From Lama glama (Eukaryota), in NCBI GenBank assembly GCA_028534125.1, contig CM052817.1, forward strand, positions 12,836,001-12,900,000: 64,000 nucleotides of DNA. The letters run 5' to 3'. Below, piece after piece: positions 25,880-38,387 of the stretch. Each line of letters starts with the position of its first letter. Position 1 is the stretch's first letter. A model generated the notes under the pieces. That model saw only the letters and a list, made by a program, of their open reading frames with translations, was not told where the DNA came from and ran no database searches. The position numbers were made by a program, and so were the translations under genes.

Positions 25880-26765
25880 TTGGAAGACATTTAATGGCTT
25901 TCATGTCCCTAAAGAACACGACAAAAAGCCCCTAATGTGACATACTTGACCCTTCATAGCTGGGCCAAACTTTGATTTTAGCATTGTCTCTTCTACCATC
26001 ATGAATACCACCCTAATCCTCATTCTTTCTATCCAGCTACACGAACATTTTGATTTTCACTGAATTCTATAATTTTGCACATTTTAATTTCATTTCCCAT
26101 GCCCCAAAGGTCTTTTTCCATTCTTCTTCAATTTAAGAAATGCTCTTAGATTTGCATCTTAGCTCAAAAAGCTTCTCCTATGAAAGTCTCATCAATTCCC
26201 CAAGACAGAATTAGGCATTCCCTTCTTTGTGCTTGTTTATGTCCATTCCTGTCTGCCAGCACTTACCACACTGTAATTTTTTATCTTCAAGTGTGTTTAT
26301 CTCATTAGTTATTGGATTACATTAGGAGTACAAAAAGAGGACAGAATCAAATATTAATCAAGGACCAAATGCATATCAAGTACAACAGTAACTCCTTTGT
26401 CATAATTTCCTTCCTATGTTTTTTATATAAACATATACAAAAATGTATAAATTTATATAATTATATAGCATCTATATGTAAACAAATATATATTAAAACA
26501 CAACTATAAAAATATGTATCATATCTTACATAATGTATATGTTAAAATATATAAATATATGAAAATTAATTTATACATGAATTATGTAAATATATACAAA
26601 ATGATAAGAACTAACTAGTAAGATAAATCCAAGACACAGACCCATATCTAGCATGTGTCCTTTCTCCTATATCTTCTTTTTCTTCACCTTGGCACCTTCA
26701 GGCCATTGAACAACACTTGGCACCTAGCCAGTGCTTAATAAATATTTGGCCAATGAGTGAACCCA
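25880..26765 (+). mobile_element. L2 3' region, interrupted by an AT-rich low-complexity tract (about 26420-26600)
   Basis: 'agcacttaccacactgtaatt' and terminal 'cttggcacctagccagtgcttaataaatatttggccaatgagtgaa'. Confidence 0.6.
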
Positions 26766-26954
26766 TTTATACTTACCAAGCACTTACATAATAATCATCA
26801 CATCATGCTCCACCATAGGTCTGAATAAGGAAGATGATGATTATCTAAGTAATAATGAATCATCTCAAAATTAGCAAGTTGCTGAAGATTTTCAGAATAG
26901 ATGGTGATATTTTATTTATATAAACCTGAACTATATAAGAAGTTCTTTACACAA

Positions 26955-27117
26955 GGCCTATAGATCCTTAGAGTCTAGAGTTGAAATGATTGAAGTTCAT
27001 GACCTTCTTGAATTTTGTATGGAATTTGTTGTTCATTTTTATAGAGAAAAGTCCCATAGATGTTTTTTAAATAACAATTTCAAAAGTCCTACGACCTTAA
27101 GATGATTAAGAACCACA
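26955..27117. mobile_element. MER103C-like fragment
   Basis: 'gttcatgacc...ttttatagagaaaagtcccatag...aaagtcctacgaccttaagatgattaagaaccac'. Confidence 0.5.
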
Positions 27118-29388
27118 AGACTATCATTATTCCTATATTTATTATTACTCTAAGATTATACCATTGAGAAAGAATAAGTTATTCAGATACTTATTATGTT
27201 TATATCAGAGCCCTAACATTTTATGAGACAATAAAGGAAATGGAGCTGGAGACTCAGCGTACTGAAAAAAAAATTATATGTTTTGCTTCAAACTTGTAAT
27301 CCACCAATCCTAGCAATTTATATCTTTATTAAGAGAGCCAAACTATATTGAACAGTTGGCTTTTATTGACTTGGTTCGCTTTGTTTTGAAAGGAGAAGTG
27401 GGTGAAGGGTGTAGTTTTTCTCCTTCAGTTTCTGAGAGCTGCCTTCTTGGAACACGCTGACAGGTATGCACGAAACATACATACTTCAAGCAAAACATCT
27501 GTTTCTTTCATCACTTTCAAGTCAATTTGAAGTGCTTATGTTCTAAATATTAATCAGCAACCCCAGGCTTTGGCACTGCTTAGGTCTTATTTAGAAGGAA
27601 TACATACACAAACCACAAACCCTGAAGAAAGCACTTTCTTTTCTGATAATGTTCTCATTTCAAAACAGATGTATGCCAAACAGGATTTGCTTGGATGTCT
27701 GAGAAAAATGTACGGTGGGTGTGTATCATAATAACCAAATTTGATCTGTTTTAATGTAAACATTTTAAATGTTTTTATGTCAGTAAAATATCATGCTACT
27801 CATCAGATTATACAATAATATTAAGGCTCGATATTCTGTTTATATGGTGATTAAACTTTAAAAAGATAGCAACTTTAATTTCACATTGGTTGGACCATCT
27901 CTCTCCCGTTACTGTATGTAAAATACTTGTCCTCTACATTAAATCCCCAGTCCCCAAATGAAACTAGAACAGGAGAAAACTAGTTTAATAGTTTATATTT
28001 TAAACATAATAAAGTGGAGACAAACATATTTTAAGCTAATAAGATAGTATTTTCCTCATAGAAAAGTAAGAAGATCATGGAATTATCCTGATTCTGTAAA
28101 TTAGAAGACAGTTCATCCAGAAATAAACAAAAAGAAAAGCAAATCTTGAACATCATCGTGCCTTCTAGTAGCAATTATAAGTTAGTTTCAAACAATTTCA
28201 GTGAAGCACAGCACACAAATAAATAAAAATTCAAGAGAAAATAACTTGCAGTTAGTCTCCTGAGTTTCAGTACTGCATGAAATCCAAATCGGGCTTGGCT
28301 AGAGATATTCTGTTACTTCCTAAGGGAAATCAATACTCTTTAGAAAAGAAAAGGGGAAAAAAGCATTTTTCTTTTCTTTTTTTAACAAAAAACTGCACCT
28401 AAAGCTTGCTTCTAGAAGCTTAGAAGATTCACAGTCCCAGAGTGACTTCAGATAGCTGCATAGAAACAAAGACACACACAAAAAAATCAGGAAAGTTGCC
28501 AGAAGTTAACTGTATTCCCACTTGGAAGGGAAGGAAAATGAACCTGCTTTTTCTGAATTTCTAGGGGAGCTAAATTTTATTATTTCTCTCTCTTCTCTGA
28601 AAGCAAAAGTAGCCATCTTGAAGTTTATATGACTGCTTATGAAAGGAACATATTTCAATCAACAGAATGAGACACAGACATCACTTTACCAGTGGAACAC
28701 ACGTTGTTGATCTTGAATGGCTTTTCCTTTTAACCGAGAACACTTTTCAACAGTAAATAAATATTACTTGCAGATATCGAATGAATTTGCAAATATATCA
28801 ACGTCAAGAAGGACGACGATTTTCTTGCTCTCCCATGTAAGTTCTGGACAAGGACATCTCTGAATGTGTTCAAGGCTCCTGTCACCCTGTGGGATGGTCT
28901 GCCATGGGCATTGCCATCCTCATGTGACCAGGTTAAAATGAAATTTTGGAAGTCTAGAAGGAAAACGAAGATACAAAGGGAACAGCCTCCATACTTCGGA
29001 GTCTTTCTAGACAGAAAAGGAGAAAAAGTTTTCCCAACCATGTAGCATTTTTTGTTTGCTTTTTTTCATAGTAATTGGCAGGTTTTAAGATTTAAGAAAA
29101 ATTATGTCCCTTGTAGACATTAAAAATAGAGAAAACTTTATGCAGACATGAAACTTTGATTTTAGGCTTTGTGGACATCTTCAGAATGATAGTTATATGT
29201 AATAAAGTACTTTTTACAGTTCCCAAACTTTATAACTTTATACTGTGATTTATATCAAGACGATGACAAGCATGCGGAACAAGAGCAATTATTAACCATG
29301 TGTTTATGAGTTGAAATAATTTTACCGGCAGCTAACAGAGATGTTCAATTTTTCCTTCCTTTCATCTTCCAATCAGTTCAGTTCACTT

Positions 29389-29817
29389 TGTGGGAGACAT
29401 TGTCAGTGCCCTGCTAATGTTCCAAGAATATCACCATTCCAGCCTGTTCTGTCTGATTGCCAGATGCTAAATCAGCATCTCTATACTGAGGGTTTTCCCA
29501 GCATCTCAGAGATCTTGTTCTGTCTTTGTGGGTTGCAGAATAAATATGTTGAAAAATTATACACCCCAGGGTCTGACTGACAGGAGTTGGTATATAAATA
29601 TCCCAGGCCTCTCACCCCTCAATTAGGAAAACTCTAAGATGTATAATCTCCACTACTTCCAGAATTTCCCAGAAGCATCAAGCTACCTACAAGTGGTGTC
29701 TGACCAAAAGCACCACTTTTTTCTTTTTTCAGGTATTTCCTTCATATCTCAAAGAAATTCTGAATTTCAATCCTAGTCTGTGGGTCTGCTTCTGGGAGAA
29801 CCTAATCCAAGAGACAC
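29389..29817 (+). mobile_element. ERVL LTR16-like solo LTR
   Basis: Begins 'tgtgggagacattgtcagtgccc', contains 'gacaggagttggtatataaatatcccaggcctctcacccctc', ends 'gggtctgcttctgggagaacctaatccaagagaca'. Confidence 0.75.
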
Positions 29818-29892
29818 TTCAATTGTTTTAAACAAGTTAACTCTTATTTATTAGAGTCTATTATATTTCTTTGCTAAGCTAGACCCAAGAAC

Positions 29893-30218
29893 AAGGGTTG
29901 TCCACTCAAATACATTCAAGAGGAGAACAGGAAGCAGATTTAAGAAGCAGACCAGGTGCAAACCTGATGTACATGACAGGGCATGCCGTATTAAACGAAG
30001 ATATTCACTATTCAGCATCTGCCAATTTTGCCTGGCAGGAATGCCAACCTCTATTTGCTGGATCTTCCTAGTTTTTCAGGCAAAACTAAAAAAATCCTGA
30101 AATTTTGATATTGTCAACTAATTAAAAAATGATTTATTATTTCTATAATACTCTTCAGGCCAACAAAACCTGTGTAAGGGCTGGATATGACCCAAAGCCT
30201 GTTACTTTGTAAACTCCA
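29893..30218 (+). mobile_element. MER102-like hAT-Charlie element
   Basis: 'caagggttgtccactcaaatac' ... 'gctggatcttcctagtttttca' ... 'tgtcaactaatt' ... 'ggccaacaaaacctgtgtaagggctggatatgaccc...tttgtaaactc'. Confidence 0.7.
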
Positions 30219-31697
30219 CACTGAGGAACAAAGATAAAGAATACCTGGTCCATAAATTATTAGTCTACTAGTTCTATTCTATTCTATTCTATTATTAAAT
30301 TATTAGGTCTATTAGTAAAGAAATTTGCAACTTAGATAGGGTAATGTGCATGCAAGCCACTATCTATGAAGCTGAATTTAAGTGATAAATGAGAGATGAG
30401 TAATCATCAAATGATAGTTTGATGAGAAGAAAAGACATTCTGTTTGGAAATGATGGGGAAGAAGGGTTGACAAGAGTACAGGTCAGGAAAAGCTTTATGG
30501 AAAAGGAATGTACCCCACAAAGGACTTCAAATTGGCCAGCTTCTGCAGACAACACAGCTGCAAAAGTTCAAAACTTGACAACAGGACCTGATCCATTACC
30601 CTCAACGGTGACACTTCCCAGTCCTAGTCTAATCTGGGCAACTACGACATGCCATGCCTGTCTCCAGAAGCTTTACAATGCCCATCAGCACGTAGTGGCT
30701 CTGAGAGTCCCTCAGTAGAGAATCTCATTTGCCTTTATTTCCCCAGCATCTTCTCACTATTTTGAGTCCAGAGTATTTCTCATCTATGGGGGAACACCAT
30801 TTGAGAACACTCTAAGAAATGATGTTGTAGGAGTATCTCTGATTCTAAGAGAAGCAACTAAAGAAGGGGAGATATAATAATTTATCTTCTTCAAATAACA
30901 AATATACCCAAAATCTTTATGATCATCCCATTTCTAAAAATTTGTGCATACCAGAGCAGGGCCAGGACAGACTTGAATAGGATAAGGTTGCATTCATGAG
31001 TATGTGGATTTGAAGGCCAGTGTGTTTAAAATCTCCTTGAATTCCTTTACCCACAGTGTTCCTCAGTCTCCTACAATGGCATCTAGCAGTTGGTTCCTGT
31101 GGCCTGTTGAGGAAATTAGCCAGCACTAACAAGACTCAAGCCTTAAACACTGCATGGGCAATTGAGAAGGAAGTTCCTTTGTGGGACACTTCTAAATAAC
31201 ACACTTCAGTGTCAGCATTAGTGAAAGGAAGTGTTGGCTGTATCTCAGGACATAAATCAATTCCAGAGCAAGTTCATCCACCAGGATCAACTCATGAACC
31301 AAACCAGAGGATTGCTTGGGCCCAAAGGCAGAAGACACACCAAAACTCTTCTAATAATCAGGGAGAGGGCGACCCCTTGCTATGGAAATTAGCATCTTTC
31401 TTTCTCCATGTGCTCATATGACCACAGTGGTCTTGGAGAATACATTTGAAGATAGAGACTCCTACATTGTGGCTATAGTGGCTACTATCGTCACAGATGT
31501 CCCAATGTGACAAGATAGTTACCAACTCACAATTTCAGATATGGCACCATCTTATTAGTGAATCAGTCTGCTCACAAGCTCAGAGAACACTCTGGCCATG
31601 CTCACTCCACATCTCAGTGCAGCACTGGAACTGGGGCACCTACAACCGGGGAGAAGACTTGACTTGACCCCAGCACACAGAGGAGACCCAGTCCCAG

Positions 31698-33345
31698 GGA
31701 TGTCCATTTCCACCACTTCTATTTAACATAATATTGGAACTTCTAGCCACAGCAGTCAGACAAGATAAAGAAATAAAAGGCTTCTAAGTTGGAAGGGAAG
31801 AAGTAAAATGATTTTCAGATGGTGTGACATTTTATAAGAAAACAATGAAATCTCCACCCCAGAACTATTAAAGCTAATAAATGAATTCAGCAAAGTTGCA
31901 GGATACACAATTACTGTAGAGAAATCTGGTGCTTTTCTCTGCATCATAATGAATTATCAGAAAAGGAAAACAAGAAAAAGAACCTTATTCAAAATTGCAT
32001 CAAATTGGTTAAATATCTAACAATAAGCTTAACCAAGGAGGTGAACAACCTATACTCTGAAAACTATGAAACATTAATGAAGGAAACTAAAGATGATACA
32101 AAGAAATGGAAAGATATCCCATGCTCTTTGGTTGAAAAAATTAATATTGCTAAAATGGCCATATTCCCCAAAACAATCTATACATTTAATGCAACCTCTA
32201 TCAACATACACATGACATTTTCACAGAACTAGTTCAAATAATCCTAAAATTCATATAGATCCATAAAAGAACCTGAATTGCCAAGGCAATCTTGAGAAAA
32301 AAAGAACAAAACTGGAGGTATCACTCTCCCTGACTCCAGATGATAGTACAAAGCTACAGTGATCAAAACAGCATGGTACTGGCACAGAGCAGACAACGAT
32401 CAATGGAACAGAGTAGAAAGCCCAGACATAAACCCACACACCTATGGTTAATTAATCTACAACAAAGAAGGCAAGAACATACAGTAAGAAAAGATAGTCT
32501 CTTTAACAAGTGGTGCTGGGAAAACAGGACAGCTACATAAAAAAAAAAGTGAGATTAGAACATTTCCTCATATCACATACAAAAATAAACTCAAAATGGT
32601 TTAAAAACCTAAGCGTAAGACTTGAAGCCGTAAAATTGCTAGAAGAGAATATAAATCATAGCAATATTTTTTAAATCTGTCTTCTAAGACTAAAGAAATA
32701 AAAGCAAAAACTTAGCAAATGGTACCTAATTAAACTTAAAAGCTTTTGCACAGCAAAGGAAACCATCAACACAAGGAAAAGATAACCTACAGGGTGGGAG
32801 AAAATATGTGCAAATGATATGGCTGACAAGGAGTTAATAGTCAGAATATAAAAACAGCTCATAAAACTCAGTACCAAAATAAACAAACAACCCAATCAAA
32901 AAAGGAGCAGAAGTTCGGTATGGACATGTTTGCAAAAAAGACCTACAGATTGCTAACAGGCACATGAGAAGATGCTCACCATTGCTAATTATTAGAGAAA
33001 TACAAATCAAAATGAGAATGAGATATCATCTTACACCTGTGAAAAGGGCTATCATCAAAAAGTCTACAAAAAACAAATATTGACTAGGATATGAAGAAAA
33101 AGGAAATCTTGTACACTGCTGGGGGAACTGTCAATTGGTAGGGTGTGGTGTTTCCTTAAAAAACTAATAACAGAACTACCGTATGATCCAGCAATTCCAC
33201 TTCTGGACATACAGCTGGGAAAAACAAAAACACTAATTCAAAAAGCTACATGCACTGTTTACAATAAGCTAAGTTACTGAAGCAACCCAAGTGTCCCTCA
33301 ACAGATGAATGGGTAAAGAAGATGTGATGTGTACATACGTACACA
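31698..33345 (+). mobile_element. L1 ORF2 (RT domain to C-terminus), frameshifted
   Basis: Starts [31 protein letters not shown] 32005-32232 (LTKEVNNLYSENYETLMKE...KWKDIPCS) and DSLFNKWCWEN are L1 ORF2p motifs. Confidence 0.93.
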
Positions 33346-33474
33346 TTTTGTAGTAAATTAGAAGGATGAAGAAACACTTTTCAGATGCCACCTGGTGCCA
33401 GCTACCAAATCGAGTATACAGGAAATTCTACAGGGCAAATGACCCAGGATTCTCCATGAAAAAAAAGGCAGAGA

Positions 33475-33720
33475 AAATCCAGAACACTGACAATACCAAA
33501 TACCGATGAGGATGTAGAGCAACAGGAATTCTCATTTACTGCTTGTGGGAATTCAAAATGGTACCCCCACTTTGGAAGTCAGTTTGGCGGTTTGTTACAA
33601 AAGTAGACATACTCTTACCTTAGGGTCATCAGTTACACTCCTTGATATTTACTCAAAGGAACTGAAAGCTTATAGTCACACAAAAGCCTGCACATAAATA
33701 TTTATATCAGATTTATTTTA
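33475..33720 (+). mobile_element. Older L1MB/MC-like ORF2-end fragment
   Basis: 'aaaatccagaacactgacaataccaaatac...gaggatgtagagcaacaggaattctcatttactgc...actttggaagtcagtttggcggtt'. Confidence 0.75.
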
Positions 33721-34611
33721 AAAAAGAAAGAAAGTTGCTTGCCAAACCCAAGTCATATGTTTTTCCTCTCTGAGAAGAAAAGGGTCTCTATGAAAACCCT
33801 CACCTTTCCATTCTTTAGCCTGTTGTCCGCTGACTATGTATAATGATTGCCAATTAGTCAAAACATAACTAAGTTGGGGGAAAATGATGAGACAAAATAG
33901 GAGTATAATTATATTTAGCTTTAGAAATAGCTTGTAAAATATGCACTTTTATCAGCAGTGCATAAGTTACTGTTGCTCCATATTCTGGTGAAGCTTTGTT
34001 ACTGTTAGTAAGCTGGAAATGAGTATAGTTCCCAGGTAATGGGAAAGTTTGAAAAAGCTAAAGATTGCTGCCCTAATTAATTTTTTGGAAGTCGCTCTCA
34101 CTGGAAAAGGTAGTTGCTCTCACTGTTACAGATTTTTACAAGCTATGCGATTTCATGTGCTTCTTACATATGCATGTCTCTTACACTTTTCCATTGCTGT
34201 GCGAGGCTCAGGGAGAGTGGACTGAGTCTGAGTGCATCCCTCATCCCACAGTATCCCAGTTATGAGCGTCACTGACAGCCTTCTACACAGCTATGTTGAA
34301 ATGCTTTGCCAAGTCCTTTTTCATAGCATCTTAAGATGATATAATAATTTATCAATAATAATTATAATCATAATATCAATCATTAAGTGAAGCAAAATGA
34401 GATTTTTTTCCTATGTATTTGCAAAAAATCGTAAAGGACAAACATTGGGATTCTAATTTTAGTATGTAGTTCCAATTCAATGAGGAACTGATGCCCAATC
34501 TTAACTGATGTTAAGTTATCCCCAGGATAAGATGGTCTTCACCCCCTTCCTAATGTTCAAGTTATTATGATTGGTCCAGAAATTCTTCCTTCTTTCTTCT
34601 GTTGCTTTGTG

Positions 34612-34743
34612 ACTAGTATGATCAGACACCTAGCTTGTCTGAGCCTGTCCCAGTTTACACCCATGGTTCTGGTGCAATTATTAATAAGTCCCCCTTTTGT
34701 TCTAAAAAATGTCCTGATTTGGAAGTAATTGCATGGTCTCTCT
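34612..34743 (-). mobile_element. MER94-like hAT-Blackjack MITE
   Basis: 'tgtcccagtttacaccc...tgcaattattaataagtcccccttt...aaaatgtcctgatttgga...atggtc' matches the reverse of MER94. Confidence 0.7.
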
Positions 34744-35029
34744 TCTTATAACTAATAGGCTTCTTGTTTTCTCAGTTTAACATAGGAATGACTGCCTGAT
34801 GCTATGACTCTAGCCTGAAGCTAGTTTCTATGTTCTCTTTTTCAAGAGTCAGTGTTCTCACCCTGTTAGCTGTTCCCTCTCTGAAGAAACAGAGTTCTGA
34901 ATGTCCTAACACAACAGGAGGAAGATTTTAAGCCGCTTTCACGTTGATGCGTTGAATGATAACCACCATGAACATAAATGGGGGTGATCCTCAGAGAAGG
35001 CTAAGGCACACACAATTTCCAGCCTCTAC

Positions 35030-35370
35030 CCCCTCATGTATATTCCTTCCTTTTCCTAGGAATGTCCTTCCTGCATTTTCTTACTCATCCTTCAGAGCTC
35101 CCTTAAAAATATCAAAGGATGTATTACCTTCTCTGACCCTTCCTGAAGCATCCAGAGAGAAATAATCACACTTTGCATCTCTTCTCCAATAATCATCCAC
35201 TCTTACCTCTTAATAACATGTGCCACATTGTGCTGTGTTTTCTGTGACTATGGCTGTTTTCCCAAGTAAACTGTAAGACATTTGAGAATATCTTTATATC
35301 ATTATCCATTTGTAATACCAAACACAAGGTAGAGTGCTCAACAAATTCTTGCCATGTGTGAATGAATACA
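35030..35370 (+). mobile_element. L2 3' end
   Basis: 'ttcctaggaatgtccttcc...actgtaag...tttgaga...gtagagtgctcaacaaattcttg...gtgaatgaat'. Confidence 0.6.
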
Positions 35371-36189
35371 GCCAGTTCAATGTAGCCAACACATACTGAG
35401 ATCAATTCTATTGGTTTTAAATTGTTATTCTGTGGTCATAAAACCCCAGAACCCATAACAACCAAGATTTCCAACTTATTTCTGATGAAACAAGATTTCC
35501 ACGAACTTGCCTTGAACCTTGTCATGGTGCAATTGCTGGAGGATAAACTCATATTTTTAAATGTTCGCTCCTGTCTGTGAATGGCCCCCTCCCATTTCTT
35601 CCTCTGCATTTCTAACAGGGAATCATGCTAAATAAATCCCAACCGCCCTGCCTATAAAGCATCCTCTCGTCTATGCTCTCTCTCCTGTGCATCCCCTAAA
35701 AAATGCTTTGGTGCAGATTCCATCATTTTACCACTGAAAGAAATCCTCTATAATCATCAAGTGTCAGAAAGTCCTGGGCTATAGAGGAATCTTTGGCAGC
35801 AACATCTTCTAAAACCAGCTCCATTCTGAATGTTGCTCAATTTAACTTGCCAGTAAACTCGAGTAATCCAACTCCAAAACTATTATCCAGTTATTTTATG
35901 ACATTCTTAAGCCATTATATGTAATATAGACTATTTTCCTGTAACATAAGAATCTAAGGATAATATCCAGTCAATAGTATGTCTATATATTAACTTTTCA
36001 GATTAGCATATATCAGTGAATGCAAACCAAGCTTTCCAAAAGAAGTTCTAAGAACAGCCTGTGATCTGTAAAGTTTTGCAAGAACTGGAGTTTGAGGAGG
36101 GGGAGGAGGAAAGAGTGTTTCTTAGATCTGAAGACAAGAGACATCATTTTGTGACTCTGATCTCCTTTGTATATCTGGTTCTATCTATA

Positions 36190-36760
36190 CTTCATCCATC
36201 CACCATTCTTTCAACACATATTTGGGGAAATCCTACCCTGTTCTATGTATTGGCCTAAATACTTTGAGAATTACAAAGCTGAATAAGACATGAATTCTGC
36301 CTTCAATGATCTTACAATTAAGGAGGGTAAAAAATAAACATAAAAAATCATTTTAATACAATGTGGGAAATGTTATAATAGAGGTAAATTTTGGGTACCC
36401 TAAGCTGTAAATAATTGAAGTGACCTCTATTATATTTAAACAGAAAAGGCTAGACATAATAAATCTGGGGGTTAGGTCTTTGAGAGTGAGTAGAATTTTA
36501 TTAGACACTTGAAGCAAAATATGAAATTCCAGGCAGAAGGGACAACATGCTCAAGTTGTGGGGACAGGCAAGGGAATGACACATTATGGGAATGTAATTG
36601 TAGCCACAATTACAGATGCATACAGGAAATAATAGAAAACTTAGGCTGAGGAGTTAGAATTCAAATCATTTATTGCTTATCTGTCATGCTAAATAAAGAC
36701 TCTCAAATTTATACTTCTATTATTAAGATTAGTTAATCTGAGGAGTATCATAGACAGATT
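36190..36760 (-). mobile_element. L2 fragment
   Basis: 'ttcatccatccaccattctttcaacacatattt...tgaataagacatgaattctgccttcaa' and 'attccaggcagaagggacaacatg'. Confidence 0.55.
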
Positions 36761-37429
36761 ATATATCTGGAATGTTATTCCATATTCCCTTTTAAGTTAT
36801 TATCCTTTGTACTCCTTTGGGAAACATAAAAGGGCTGGAGCATCTCCACCAAAGGCCTAACTTTAACTTAGGAGATAAGAAGGCTGGTGGTGAGTAAGTA
36901 CCATTTCCCAGCCCTACACATTAGTGCAGATAAAATCAGTAACCTAACTCCATCCCTACCTAGCTTCATCCTGGAAACCGTGGAAGGCAGTAAATGTCTA
37001 ACTGAATGAGATAAATTGCTCATTATAAAACTCCCCTTGAGAGAACCAAGCACAAGGAATTAAGAAGCCAGAGCTGAAACTCAGAAGATGAGAATGCTGG
37101 ACCCAGTTCTGAAGATGTCACTTATGAAGTGAGTAATACACTTGAGTTCCAGTGCTCATTGCTGCTCTAAACAATTGTGTCCTCCCAAGATATTTTGCTG
37201 GAGGGTAGATAAAAGGTGGCAGAAGCTGATAGACTCCTGCAGATCAGGAATCAATGCCAAATTCCAGAAAACCATGGACCAACTCCTCAAAGTGATCATG
37301 GGAAGATGCGAACACAAATTGTTGGAGGAAATGTTATCCTTCCCACAATTTATGAAGACCTACCTTATGCTAAAGCTTATCACTTCAACCACAGAACTAG
37401 AGTATCACATATTTTTTAATTAGGAATGT

Positions 37430-37600
37430 TATGGTCAGCTTTCAAGATGGAAGGGTCTTCAGAGACTGGCCCGCACAAGCTTCTCAGTGAACAATGTGGG
37501 AAGCTAAGAGGAGTTAAAGGCTTTAGCTGAGGTCATGGAGTTGACAGGGCAGACACAAGACTCCAGACCCTCAAACCAGAGTACTTTAACACTCACTTTT
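37430..37600 (-). mobile_element. MIR fragment
   Basis: 'gaagctaagaggagttaaaggctttagctgaggtcatggag' is MIR-core-like. Confidence 0.45.
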
Positions 37601-37927
37601 ATTTTGTTCTCATGGATTGCACAGGGTAAATATCAAAGATATTAAGTTTCCTGCTCTTCAGAATGTCACCCCACAACAGCAAACAAGGTTAAAGGCAAGG
37701 GTAATAAAGTCTACACGAAATTGAGATGATGAGAAAGAAGTAACCCGTCTCAAGTCACGCTGTGCTGTGCCAAGTGCTTCATTTAGACCAATACTCTAAT
37801 CTTCTTAATGAGTCAGTGGCTAGAGGGGGAGGGAAAATACATGCCTTATTTCCTACTTGCTGGCCAATGCAAACAAATCCATCCTTAGGTAAAGAGATGG
37901 AGACAGAGAGAAATTCAGTAACTTGCT

Positions 37928-38371
37928 AATAGCAGTTTCCTATAGCTGTCATGACAAAGTACCACAATGTAGGTGGCTTCAAAGAATGTCTCACAGTTCT
38001 AGAGGCCAGAACTCCAAAATCAAAGCATCTGCAGGCTGTGCTTTCTTTGATGGCTCTTGTGGGAGAGAACTGTTCCTGACTCTTCTAGCTTCCAGTGTTT
38101 GCCAGCAATTCTTGGCCTTCCTTGGTGTATAGGTGCATCTTCTCCTTGTCACATAGCCATCTTCTCCTCGAGTGTTCTCACATCATTTTCCCTCTGTGTG
38201 TGTCTGTTTCTATGTCCAAATTTCATCTTTTTATAAAGACACCTGTCATATTGGATTGAAGCCCACAAAAACTACCTCATTTTAACTTGATTACCTGTAT
38301 AAAGATTTTATTTCCAAATAAGGTCACATTCTGATATCCTCTTGTGTAGGACACAATTCAGTCCATTAACA
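37928..38371 (-). mobile_element. MLT1C-like MaLR solo LTR
   Basis: 'gtttcctatagctgtcatgacaaagtaccacaa...tctcacagttctagaggccagaactccaaaatcaa...tttccaaataaggtcacattctga...ggacacaattcagtccattaaca'. Confidence 0.85.
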
Positions 38372-38387
38372 CTTGCCTCAGGATATA

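Noticed and set aside
33384..33402. CTCF-like motif (GCACCAGGTGGCA on the minus strand)
   Set aside because: Mismatch in the core and located between L1 fragments; not supportable without ChIP data
33948..33995. Small hairpin 'cagcagtg...tactgttg'
   Set aside because: Appears to be a decayed antisense L1 ORF2 fragment
37142..37423. Two overlapping open frames suggesting a processed pseudogene
   Set aside because: No recognisable protein similarity, and no polyA tail or TSD seen
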